Part shown: in pieces, positions 51,701 through 64,000 of the stretch | How the letters are laid out: every line of letters begins with the position of its first letter | How positions within the stretch are numbered: the first letter of the stretch is position 1 | Source of the DNA: Bispira polyomma | Taxonomy: Eukaryota | Assembly: GCA_965649765.1 (NCBI GenBank) | Contig: OZ287754.1 | Coordinates: 36,828,001-36,892,000 of the forward strand | Direction: 5' to 3' | DNA: 64,000 nt | Program-made: the position numbers and the translations under genes | Notes under the pieces: generated by a model | Database searches by the model: none | Told to the model about the DNA's origin: nothing | What the model saw: only the letters and a program-made list of their open reading frames with translations

Positions 51701-54700
51701 TCGCTTGGGTTGCAGATACCCGTTTGGATCACTAATTCATACATCTGGTCTCTGATAATGATTTGACTGTATTTATGTATTGATAATCACTCACTTTGTC
51801 AAAGAAGACGTTGATGGAGCCCACGTTGAGTGCACCGACAGCCGTCATCGAGAAGAATCCATACTTCCATCTGCCCACATAGAGCACCCGCTCATTGACA
51901 CAGAACAGGCCCTGTAGCCAGGCTGCCATGGAAGGCTTGACACTGTACAGATTACCTGGAACACACAATACAGGCCCTGTAACCAGCATGTACAGATTAC
52001 CTAGAACACACAATACAGGCCCTGTAACCAGCATGTACAGATTACCAAAAACACGTAATACAGGCCCTGTAACCAGCATGTACAGATTACTTAGAACACA
52101 CAATACAGGCCCTGTAACCAGCATGTACAGATTACCTAGAATACATAATACAAGCCCTGTAACCAGCATGTACAGATTACCTAGAACACATAATACAAGC
52201 CCTGTAACCAGCATGTACAGATTACCTAGAACACACAATACAGGCCCTAGAACACACAATACAGGCCCTGTAACCAACATGTACAGATTACCAAGAACAC
52301 ACAATACAGGCCCTAGAACACATAATACAGGCCCTATAACCAGTATGTACAGATTACCTAGAACACATAATACAGGCCCTATAACCAGCATGTACAGATT
52401 ACCTAGAACACATAATACAGGCCCTATAACCAGCATGCCATGGAGGTCTTTACACTGTACAGATTACCTGGAACTATCAAAGGCCCAGTATTAATTTTGA
52501 CTATTAAAACTCAATAAAACTTGAGTTCCAGTGATACTTTCAATTTATACAGATGCTGTATTTCTGTTGTATTGTAGTATTGAATATTCAATGAACTATA
52601 TTGATGTAAGGTATCTTCAAAAGCCCAACAACATAATCCATAAACCACGTATTCACAAACATTCTTAGAATGCAATTCTTAGATTTATCTTAGTCTCAGC
52701 TAATTAGACTAAACATGTAGCCAAAATTTGGTAAAGAAACTATTCCAAAATGGAACCGTCAATCAAAAACTAAAAAATATTTTTTGATAACAAAAATGAA
52801 GCGTCGCTTAAGTTGAAACAAAAATGAAGTGTAAAAGGTTACAAATGTTTTTAAAAGTTAACATAACCAGAATTAGCCCTGTAAGTCGAAAATGAGCTAA
52901 AAATATCTATCTATCCAGCACGGCTTCCGAGATAACAGCCTTTTAGAGAAAGACGCAGAAATTCAAGATGACCGCCAAAATCGGAATTTTTTTAAAAAGT
53001 TAACATATAAGTAGAATCAGCCTTGTGGGTTGAAAATGGAACTCAAAATCCCTCTATCTAACACTATCGCTCTATCGCTTAATTAGGAATTAACATGCCC
53101 CAAAAATCACAGTAAAAGCCGAATATCGACTCTTTAGTTCTATCGACAACCAAAACAATCTGCCATATCTAGAACTTCGACTATGTCTGTGTAGAAAATT
53201 TGAGACTACAGTTCCCTACCACTTCCAAGATCAGCCAGTCAACACGTTAAAAATGAAAACTCCCCATACTGATAGTACAACATGAATTGCAATAATTTGA
53301 AATCAATACCTGGTGTTGAAGACTTTTAACCGGTTGTCACAAAATCAACCAATAAATGGTTAAACCATTTACAACTCTAATAGAGGTTCTACTACAAACC
53401 TGTAAACAACTACTAACCTGTGAAATGTCTTCTCCCTGTCACAGTCCAGTCTACAGGAGAATGAAAGCGATGATAGTCCCCAGGAGAAAGGTACACAACA
53501 CAGTACTGTAAGGTGGCTCTGGTATTAGTCAGTAACAGCTCTGTAAACACTGACTGGTACTCTCTATTATGCAGAGTGTCCATGTTTACATTGACTGGTG
53601 CCAGTTTATTAGAGGAATGTGTATTGACTAGGTTCTGTCTCACTGACTTCTTCTTGATCACATGATTAAAACACAAGCTGGTGGTCAAATCCTTATCACA
53701 AATTGGCCCCATGAAGCACTTCAGTGGGAATGTGACACCTGAAAAACAACAGTGTATGGGGGAAACTTTCAAAGGCAATAGTATTAGAGAACTGCTTGTA
53801 AAACAGATGCCAAAGCCCCACCACTTTTGGGTGCAATAAGAACATGACATTGCACGCCTAGTCGCCTACAGTCCTTAATGTACCCGCCCATCAGGATGAT
53901 CCAGGTGAAATATATCGGCTATAGGGTAAAAACTCACCTTTGGATATTGCATAGGAGTTTCTACTTGGTTGGGTCATCATAAGCGTTATGTGACACATAT
54001 GACCAAGAATATTTGCCAGGACTAGTATTCAAAGATTGTAGTGTAAGACTTGTAGTCAAATTTATATCCTTGCCAGGGGTAAACAAGATATATAATGATA
54101 CAATGTAAAAATATTGAGACCAAAAACCAACTTGGCTTCAAGGCTACTTAGTATATTATCAGAGGCGAGTGGCAAATCTGTGTTGATATTTAGATTCCTT
54201 TTACTGTATACAAGATGCTGTATTAACTGTACAGTAATCTAGTAGTAATATGTATAGTAATATAGTAGACCTCAAAAAGTCTGATAAAAGGGAATATAGA
54301 AGTACTGTTAGAAATATCTCTCTAAATTATTCTGTCACACAGCAGCCGCTTTGGAAAATTCCATTCATCAATATATCAGAACCAGTTCACCCATCTCAGT
54401 TTTCCTGCAACATTTAGTTTATAGTCTGACATGACCCCTACAAGGTATCATCTACTTTACAGTTTACAACTTCAGCCTGGGTTCATCTATTTATCAACCA
54501 ATTTGTTCACTCTTGGTTCCCTGAGGGAGCATGCTTGTCATGCTGCCACATTAGGTGTGGAGACATGAGTGGCCAAGTAGTACCCATTTATACACCTGGG
54601 TAGAGAGCGACATCTTTGTGGAAAGTACCTTGTCCAAGGGTACAATCTCCAGGTGAGCAGTAAGGATCAGACCTGGACCCTCAGATCTAAAGTCAAACAC

Positions 54701-57700
54701 TCTAACCACTAGGCCACAGAAACTTTCAGTCAACCTTTTCACCTGGGGTATCACACTATTTCTGGACAAATCTCGCTTCTACTAGGACTGAATATCGGAA
54801 ACGATCATTGGCACTTTAAATCCCACATTGTGAGGCAGATACAGCTTCCATAAAGAAAAGTAGCACAACAAAAACAATATCAACTGCCTAAAGTCACGTG
54901 GAGATATGGGCTTAATTTTCTTAACATTAAACATAACATAGTAGAGAATTTTTTTACCTTTAACCTGCTCTAAGAGACCTTCTTGCACGCTACCACAATG
55001 CATAATGCACCCATCAGCGGGACTCACCTACAACCATAATGTACACATTTAACAGAGACTGCAAAACTCCACAAAACTGAACAAAAACATTGTACTACCG
55101 GGTTAGAGAAAGCACTTTGACAAGACCCACCTACTGGGTTAAAGAAAGCCTTCTGATAAGACCCACGTACTAAGTTAGAGAAAGCCCTCTGATAAGACCC
55201 ACCTACTAAGTCAAAGAAAGCCCTCTGATAAGACCCACCTACTGAGTTAAAGAAAGCCCTCTGATACGACCCACCTAGTGGATTAGAGAAAGCCCTCTGA
55301 TAAGCCCCACCTACTGAGTTAAAGAAAGCCCTCTGATAAGACCCACCTACTAAGTTAAAGAAAGCCCTCTCATAAGACCCTCCCACTGAGTTAAAGAGAG
55401 CCCTCTGATAAGACCCACCTACTAAGTTAAAGAAAGCCCTCTGATAAGACCCACCTACTAAGTTAAAGAAAGCCTTCTCATAAGACCCAGCTAGTGGATT
55501 AGAGAAAGCCCTCTGATTAGACCCATGTACTGAGTTAGAGAAAGCCCTCTGATAAGACCCATGTACTGAGTTAGAGAAAGCCCTCTGATAAGACCCACCT
55601 ACTGGGTTAAAGAAAGCTCTCCGATAAGACCCACCTACTAAGTTAAAGAAAGCCCTCTGATAAGACCCACCTAGTGGGTTAGAGAAAGCCCTCTGATAAG
55701 ACCCACCTACTGGGTTAGAGAAAGCCCTCTGATAAGACCCTCCTACTGAGTTAAAGAGAGCCCTCTAATAAGACCCACCTACTGGGTTAGAGAGAGCCCT
55801 CTGATAAGACCCTCCTACTGGGTTAGAGAAAGTCCTCTGATAAGACCCACCTACTGAGTTAAAGAGAGCCCTCTGATAAGACCCTCCTACTGAGTTAAAG
55901 AGACCCTCTGATAAGACCCTCCTACTGAGTTAAAGAAAGCCTCTGCTAAGACCCACCTACTGAGTCAAAGAAAGCCCTCTGATAAGACCCACCTACTAAG
56001 TTAAAGAAAGCCCCCTGATAAGACCCTCCTACTGAGTTAAAGAGAGCCCTCTGATAAGACCCTCCTACTGAGTTAAAGAAAGCCCTCTGATGAGACCCTC
56101 CTATTAAGTTAAAGAAAGCCCTCTGATAACACCCTCCTACTGGGTTCAAAGAAAGCTCTCTGATTAGACCCTCCTACTGGGTTAGAGAAAGCCCTCTGAT
56201 AAGACCCGCCTACTGGGTTAGAGAAAGCCCTCTGATTAGACCCTCCTACTGGGTTAGAGAAAGCCCTCTGATAAGACCCGCCTACTGGGTTAGAGAAAGC
56301 CCTCTGATAAGACCCTCCTACTGGGTTCAAAGAAAGCTCTCTGATAAGACCCTCCTACTGGGTTCAAAGAAAGCCCTCTGGTAAGACCCGCCTAGTGGGT
56401 TAGAGAAAGCCCTCTGATAAGACCCGCCTTTTGGGTTAAAGAAAGCTCTCTGATAAGACCCTCCCACTGGGTTTAGAGGAAGTCCACAACCTCTGGAAAC
56501 TCGGATGATCAGTACACATTCTTAGAAAGGTTACATAAACACCAAGCCGTGGAGGTCACATACTTTAAAGTTTAGTATGACTTAGCTTTAATACACAATA
56601 ACTCAAGGACCTTACTGCAAGCCAAACAAACAAGTCTTATATTACATACTATACATTACTGCTCAAGTGTGTAACACTTGAAATATGACCTGGTCTACTT
56701 CTCTATTCATTACAATTATATATTAAGTACAAATGGATCGAGTCATTATTCATGAAAAGCCTTTATGGTGTTCACTTTGACCTACTTCTACCTTACAGCA
56801 CAAACTGTTCACACACACACAGATATCTCTATACTAAAATAGAACTATTTATAACAAACCATTGCACACTACAGTAAGGCCATTACAAAGAGGGAGAGTA
56901 AACATTTTAGTTATATTTGTGTGTAACCCTTGATGTATGACACAGATCATATACAGCAGCACTTCTCTTATCTGAACAGCGATTACCTGAATACTCCATC
57001 TTATGAACTAAATTTCACTCTTCCAAATTTTGAGGTTTTCCTACTGTTTTATACAAAAATTATTTAAAAAAATCTATTTTATGAACATTCTATTATCCGA
57101 ACAAAATCTCCACCATCATGATTGGATATTAGAGATTCCACTGTACCAGGTATGGTACTGTGCTTTGTTTTGTCCTATAGGCACAAGACAGTGTAACTGA
57201 GTAGGTTCTAATGTGGGGGTGACTAAGAAGTATTGTTGAGTAAGTGACCCTTACCGGGTTGTTTCCCCCATGTATTGGGCGGACCTCTTTCCTCAGTTGA
57301 CGTCTGAAGAATGCCCCCAGTGTTTTATAGGACCTCAAGTCTGGATTGGCTGCCTCCTCTAACTTACACCTGTACAGCCAGATGTAGTACTTCAAGGCCA
57401 GGATACGGAACCAGACCGGGAAGTACGGCAGGTTGACAAACTCACCCCAGAGGTAGGAGATCTGCCGGAGTGGCAGGTTCTTGTAAAACATCAGCTAGAC
57501 AGAAACACAATATACCATAATGTAGGATACATCGCCTAAAATTAAGACTTATGCGCAATACATTTTTATTATTGATGGACAAATATCATTCATTTTGATG
57601 GTTATTTTCACCAGTGAAGTTAAATATATGTAGTAAAATTTTATATAAAGTTGAGCCCCTTTGAGCCGAACCTCAGGAGATAAAGAGAAATAGATGTACC

Positions 57701-60700
57701 TCTACTTTAGCAGGATTTCTACTTAACAGGGTAGATTTTGTGGAATTAAAAAATTTTCAACAAAAAAGGGCAAAAATAGATCGACTTAACAGAGTTCTAC
57801 TAAAAGGGGTTTGGCTGTATCTACACAATCACACCTTATTTTTAATGATTTTGTGAATTTAAGACTGTGACAACACTGCTCAAGGAGAGAGAAGACATAT
57901 ATATACACACAATATGTAGTGGATCTCAACATAAAAGTCTTAACCTACACTTCCTTTCAGCAGATTCAGACGTTAGGCAATTCATTACCATCCTAACCGA
58001 TCCGACAACAGCCGACTTAGTGCTTTCTTTCATCTGATATGTACTCAATATTCAATTGATGGTTTAAATGGCAGAAGAAAGCTTACTTTATTGCGATTAC
58101 TGTGCTTTTTGTTCTACCAAATCAGCTCAGAAATGGCTAATATATTTACAGTTAAATAAAGATACCCATATTTACTTTGTGGTTTGTGGACTGCATGTTT
58201 CAAGTACAGGTGCTTCTGTTTATATACATTTTTGTATATTTTGGTCAGGTACTATGCACTTGCTTACGTCCTCGAGATATGGAGCACCTATGATAGTCTC
58301 CATTTTTTTTTAAAATATTGGGCCGACCTCCCAAATTTTTCGCTCCCTGGCGGATAAATTCTGATGGTGTAACAGGCGTCTACCGACATCTGATCGGATC
58401 GGATGCAAATTTGTTGAAAGGAAGCAGTTCCTAACATTTACAGTGACTCAAATATTCGTCGGAGAAATATCGACTGAAAGAAAGCGTAGGCTAAGTTTTT
58501 CATTTTTTATATTTATAAACAGGGTTTACTAGGCTTTACCCACTTTTAAGACTGCACATTTAATATACTGAATATACTGATTACCAGAAGTAGTTGACAA
58601 ACAGTAACCTGCAATTTGTTGTAAAGAGAACAGAAATTTACTGAAAATATACAGAGCAGGATCCATTTTATGCACTAAAAATGGAGACAGATTAAAATTT
58701 ATTTCTCAACCTCAGTACTTTGCTTACGAAATCTTTTTTTAAAATGAACCAGACTTTACTAAAAGTACTTTCGCATTTGTTTTGACATATAGAAAAGTTA
58801 TGAAATCTTTAAAATCTTTTACATGTAATTTTAAGTGCTTGTTCCCATTCAATCACAGTACACTTGCTACCTTTCCATTGTGCTGTGCGAGTATCTGAAA
58901 GTCCTCAGGATGTGTGAGTACTAACTGCTCCTCCACCGACTGACATACCCTGACTGCATTGTTCCCACTAGAAGGCTGTAAGATATAACAAAGTAGCAAT
59001 ACAACAAGGCATTGAACATTTGCCATATATTTATTAAATTTGGCTCCTGTGAAAAATCAGTTTGTAGGTTCCCAAGATATACTGATCTTTGTTATTAAAA
59101 GTTTACAATTTACCACAAAAAGGCTCATCCTGGCCGGTCTCCCATTTAATTATTTTGTATGTATTTCTAACTTTTTAACTATATTTTCAGCAAACTTTAA
59201 GTTATTTCCATTGGTCAAAACTCAAAACATATCCTGTTGTCTCAAAATATCAGCTTTGTTACACTGGTAGAACTTTCCTTATGCTGTTATTTTTACCTGA
59301 TTTTATTCAGATATGACAACTGTAAAGATGTTTACACTATTAAAACAGTTAATTATTCCTCATATTTTATCTAAAGATCATGGTGTGAATGAGAAACTGT
59401 TTATATAAAATTCTGAGAAAGTGGACATTTTTTTACTCATCAAGTCAAATATTCAGACTACGGATTCTATTACATTATGCAGACCTTCTGTTATTTATAT
59501 AAAATATCTCTCTATAAGGTGTATGAAGAATAGTCCTACTTGTAATACAACAAACAACAACCAAGTACCAAGTCTGACATACCTTGGCTTTCAGCAGACT
59601 GAGCTGTTTCTTGAGAGCCCCTGGTAAGCGTAATGGTCCCACCAGAGCCAGCCACATGGTGATGACCACCACATTGTAGGGCGTCTTGATGATGATTTTA
59701 GTGTACTTCCACAGTGTGGTGCTGTCCTTGACACACAGGAACTTGCCTGAACCCCTGACCCACTGCAGGAGGGTTGTCTGACGGATCAGGGGCCGACAGT
59801 CCAGTCCAAAGTAGATGAACAGGTACCAGGGCTGACAAAGCAGCCAGAAACTACACTTACAGATGTAGAAAAACGTCATGTAGAAAGCCGTGCTCCGGAA
59901 GTAGACAGCCAGCTTTCCAGATCTGTGAATAGATATATAGGAAACTAGAGGTAAAATACACCGCCTACTCGCACTAACAGCATCTTGCATCAAAAAGTTA
60001 TTAAAATATAGGTATGAATAAAATACAATTATATAACCAGATATCTCAGTCTTTAGAAGGAATTTCGACACCAGACAAAGTTTGGGCCATGTCTGCCCCA
60101 GACACAATATACATGTGTATAGGCCAACAAATATGACAGGTCAAGTCAACCTCCGATATTAGCTTGAAGACAGGTGGTTACCAAGTAGAATCAGCATTTT
60201 TAATTTTGTACCTCCAGCTGGCTGATTAAGCCACATGTCGGAAAAATCTAGGTTTAAATAAATACAATTAAAATTTAAAATCGCTTGCATATCTCATATT
60301 TAACCATAAAACACAAGTACTGCAAAATATGAGCCTAATTAATGATGCTTTAACCATTGAACAATTTACAGGTTAAAGCCTCTATAGTGGAGAATATACA
60401 CAACATGTAGCAGAGATTTTCAGACATGGGCTGGTTAAATAATGCATTTTAGACAACATCAATTGAGTAGTTTTTGTGGTAAAACTGGTAGTAGATTTTG
60501 TTTGTTTATTATACATATGTCAACAGTTATTACAAGACTTTTTAAAATCTATTAAAAAAATTCTGTGGGTGCAATTTGATGGTTGTAACTCGCAATGGGG
60601 GCAAGTTGGAATGGGGGCGAGTTGGATGAGTAATTCATACACCCCACACTGGATCATACAGTATCAGTGAAACACTGGTGATTTGTAAGACTATGGTGGT

Positions 60701-63403
60701 CAATATATAAAAAGCCCTAGACAAGGTGGGTGTTAGTCTTTGTGCGCCGTATGTGGCAGCACAGCTAGTATGTTTCTTGAGGGAGCTGAGGCTGAACAAT
60801 TGGGTTGACAAGTGGAAGAACCCAGGCAGGGGGGTGGAAACAACAAAGTTGGCTGAGACCTCATTTTATAGAGGTAATATCAGACTAAAATCTAAAGACA
60901 TTCACATTACACTATCAGTCCCAGACAGAGAGAATTCTTCACCAGACTTTCAACACATATTGACATGTGTTCCATTTGCTGTCTGTGTGATATAGAGAAC
61001 TACACCTATATATAAAAGACACTCTGATATGAATGATGAGGAAAAAATGATGAGGAAAGCTGATTCAAAGTGGTCAACATGTGTGCAGAACCTCAAATAA
61101 CAATCAATAGTTCATTCAATAATCAGTTATTAACAGAAACTCTTGAACTGTTTCTCCCTAGTAATAATGATGTCTATATTTAAAAAAATTGTTTTCTCAA
61201 CTTCTAAATTATGTGTATTTACCATTAAAGTAGGGCTGGGAGATGGTGAAGACATACAACATTATTCCCTAATTTACGACCTGGTTATGTCTATGGGCTA
61301 CACAATTGGTTGACTTCTGTTCTGTTGTTATGCTTTGCAAGATGCTAGCATTAATAAAGCATGGAAAAATGCAGAACAATAATTTTATCTTGAGCTAACT
61401 GATACACATTTCTAATTTGCTAAACACGTAAATGACATAATTTCATTGTTTATGTCATCATAGTCGAAACAATAAACCACTAGACTTTCAATCAACTGCA
61501 CTTCATTCTAAATGTACTATTTATGATAATAGACAAGTGGACCTAAAGATAGTAAAAAAAATGATGTAAGACAAGGACAGAGACATTGACTATTTTTATT
61601 TGTAATTGTCTTTGGGTACAAGCCTAATATGCTATGTGTGTATGAATACTGAACTACATTCCACACTTGCACTGTTGACACAAATAACTACTTCATGTGT
61701 TAAGTGTATGTTTAACTGTGAGAAAAAATTCTTTCTCAGACTCAACTTTTGGTTGATTATTAAATCTTGTGTGAACCTCTAGCATACAAACATGTTGGGA
61801 GAGCAAAGATTCATTCAGATCATAGAATGTTCATAAAATACAAGAAGCATGTAAGTATAAATAATAGCAAAATGTAATGTTGGGATAGTGGAAGTGTGTT
61901 ATTATAATTGAATATTAGGACAACAGAAGTTTGGTTAATAGAGGTTCTACTGTATTTGTAATATACCAGTTTTGTATCTGTCAGAAAACAAACCATTTTG
62001 TATTGTTTTATGTGTAGCTAGTTATTTAGGTAACCCATTCAGATAACTATATATAGTACCAATCCAATACTATCTTTGTTTTAATAACACATCACTACTG
62101 TGTTTCCACTTGTCTCAACTCGTGTGGATATTTCCCCGAATACTCAAGTGTCACTTGCCATGTCTCCTATTCACACATACCCTCTTGAGGGCTTACATTT
62201 ATCATGGTTCAATCTGAGCTGAGCTGTCCCCATTATAAAGATAAGGTTGAACAACAACAAGTTCTTTATCTGGTTGTTTTCTTTTTAACAAGCAGCCTCG
62301 GACTGTCTAAAGTAGCCCTTTAATTTCAAACATGCAAACTATGACATTGGCTTGATTATTGCCGTCAGAGTGTATATTTTGTGTCCAACCTTTCCATCGC
62401 CACGACAATAGAGGCCGATGACACCCACAACCCATTAAAGACACTTGCACTTTACTATTATAGACTGTGACCTTATTTGACTTTTGTCCTTGTTGTAGTG
62501 AGTTTGACCTCTGAAATCATTTAAACCACAAGACGGAGGACAAATGACATCATCAAATCATTGTAGGATGTAGAAGTTAATTAAATATTCTACTATATAA
62601 ACTCCATTTCTAGCTTTGGCTTCATTGCAGTAGCACATGACAGTAAATACCATCATTATGTCCATACAATTATTATTGAAGCATCTCTAGAGCACCCTGT
62701 TGATACATCATCCTCTTAAAAGGGGATCATTCTCTGAAAGGGATAGTCCTACAACATAGCCTGAGCAATGGTATCAGTAGACAATGACATGTTCACATTA
62801 TGCCCAAGGATGTTATCATCTAATGTCAACTTAGCGGTATGAGCATGAATAGAAGCGTCAACCTTCTGATCACCAAACCAATTCCCTAAGTACTACTAGG
62901 CCACAGTAGACTACACTGGACATTACGGAGTGTCAAGAAAAAACATTGTGAACTGTGAACCAGAGACATGTCATGCTATGACTCTATTTACAAATGTTAC
63001 GACAGAAGTTATTCACAGAAGCACCCAATAGGGAAAAGGTCGAAATTAAAGTGAAACCAGGGGTGGGCGATAATGCGAGCATGGGCGATTACACAAACAA
63101 AACCTTGGAACAAACTACATATTTGCCATGGATTCTTTACATCATAAACACTGAACTAAAAAAAGTATAATATGGATGTATTAAACAACGAAAAGTAGTT
63201 TTTATTTGGTATTTAATATAATACCTGTATCACTTCTGGTATGTGTTTTTGCTTGTAAAATTGGGTGTTCAGGAGCTTTTTGGCACATTTTTGGGGTGGG
63301 TGATAATGCGAGCACAGGTGCTCCGTGGATGATTTCGGTATTATATTAGTTGATAGGCTACTTACAGTACTGGTTCTGGGACACACGCTTCCTGCTGCTT
63401 CAT
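48732..63403 (-). CDS. PISD: Phosphatidylserine decarboxylase proenzyme (~498 aa, 8 coding exons)
   Basis: Exons 63403-63366, 59922-59583, 58975-58871, 57494-57255, 55027-54958, 53738-53418, 51955-51795 and 48953-48732, all GT-AG and in frame (1497 nt). Motifs [40 protein letters not shown] and the FNLGST autocleavage site. The first three exons are less certain. Confidence 0.93.
48957..49610. repeat. 42-bp minisatellite abutting the acceptor of the last PISD exon
   Basis: aatacaggtagaccgtgttatataaggcagggtaagagatcaaatacct-type units, about 15 copies. Confidence 0.95.
51945..52472. repeat. 42-bp minisatellite derived from a PISD acceptor and exon start
   Basis: On the minus strand the units read (c/t)ag|gtaatctgtacatgctggttacagggcctgtattgtgtgtt. 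Confidence 0.95.
54470..54720 (-). mobile_element. tRNA-derived CORE-type SINE
   Basis: Minus strand: A-box GTGGCCTAGTGGTTAGAG, a degenerate B-box, then CCTTGGACAAGGTACTT...CCCAGGTGTATAAATGGGTAC core. Confidence 0.7.
55098..56472. repeat. 37-bp minisatellite (~37 copies) in a PISD intron
   Basis: agaaagccctctgataagacccacctactgggttaa-type units. Confidence 0.95.
57950..58424. mobile_element. MITE-like element
   Basis: Inverted termini cttcctttcagcagatt / aatttgttgaaaggaag. Confidence 0.5.
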
Positions 63404-63528
63404 CTTCTGGTGTTAACTGTACTGACAACACTGTCTATGATTTCTGGTAGAATAACCTATGATGTCTCAGCTAAAACAGACAACAAAATATGTGTCACAG
63501 AGAAGGCCAATTTTAGTATAAAACATTC

Positions 63529-63991
63529 CAGGGTTTCCACATGATTTCTGTTAAAAAAATGTTTTCTGTCGGCCACAATCATTTTTTTAGTATTGATGTT
63601 AAGGCATTAGCATCCTACTACCATTCACTATATGGATATTTGAGTTAGAAGTCAATCAACGCAAAGTCCAAATTAGTAGTAAAAAAACACGATTTATCAA
63701 CACAGAAAGCATTTTATAACTGAACAGTCACTTTTTTGAAGTATTTCCAATTTTAAAATGAATGATAAAAGCAAATCTTCCAGTCCATTGCCACAAGAAA
63801 TTGTTTTTGTTTTATTATATTATTTTCAACCTTAAAATTAAGTTCCCTGTATTTTTCCTGAATTTTTCATTTGTATTTCAGTTTCTGTGTATTTTCCCTG
63901 AATTGGGCAGTTATTAACAAAGTGCACTCAGCCTGTATTTTCTATGCAGGGAAAACTTTTACCCATGTTCTCTTGTCCGGTGGATACCCTG
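63529..63991. mobile_element. hAT-like MITE
   Basis: TIRs CAGGGTTTCCAC / GTGGATACCCTG; no clear TSD. Confidence 0.5.
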
Positions 63992-64000
63992 GCTGTAGAA

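Noticed and set aside
51732-52494. Long repetitive ORFs (234 aa on minus, 199 aa on plus) as independent genes
   Set aside because: They are open frames of a 42-bp minisatellite; only 51955-51795 is a real PISD exon
48957-56472. Regular 37-42-bp repeats as CRISPR arrays
   Set aside because: Head-to-tail units with no unique spacers, no cas genes, and a eukaryotic intronic context

Overview
AT-rich, intron-containing animal genomic DNA. The SINE, HINE and DIRS repertoire suggests a lophotrochozoan, probably a mollusc (inference). From left to right: (1) a degenerate Ngaro-type tyrosine-recombinase retrotransposon on the minus strand (~1-5979) with split direct repeats and two tRNA/VA-RNA-like structured units beyond its second repeat; (2) a tandem cluster of four paralogous 4-exon type I membrane receptor genes on the plus strand (7.6-35.7 kb), each with a signal peptide, a divergent SUEL/rhamnose-binding-lectin-like Cys-rich domain, a stalk, one TM helix and a cytoplasmic tail; the tails range from tyrosine-motif-rich to motif-less or truncated, and gene 2 carries a DIRS1 element in intron 1; (3) a full-length, TSD-bounded L1/Tx1-clade LINE on the minus strand (40333-47888) whose ORF1 ends in an intact NADAR (YbiA-like) hydrolase domain; (4) an 8-exon phosphatidylserine decarboxylase (PISD) gene on the minus strand (48732-63403) with minisatellites at its splice acceptors. 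A solo LTR, MITEs, SINEs and tandem repeats are scattered throughout. The two strongest candidates for an undescribed system are the NADAR-carrying LINE (a possible counter-defence against nucleic-acid ADP-ribosylation) and the SUEL-like receptor cluster. All calls come from manual reading; no database searches were run.
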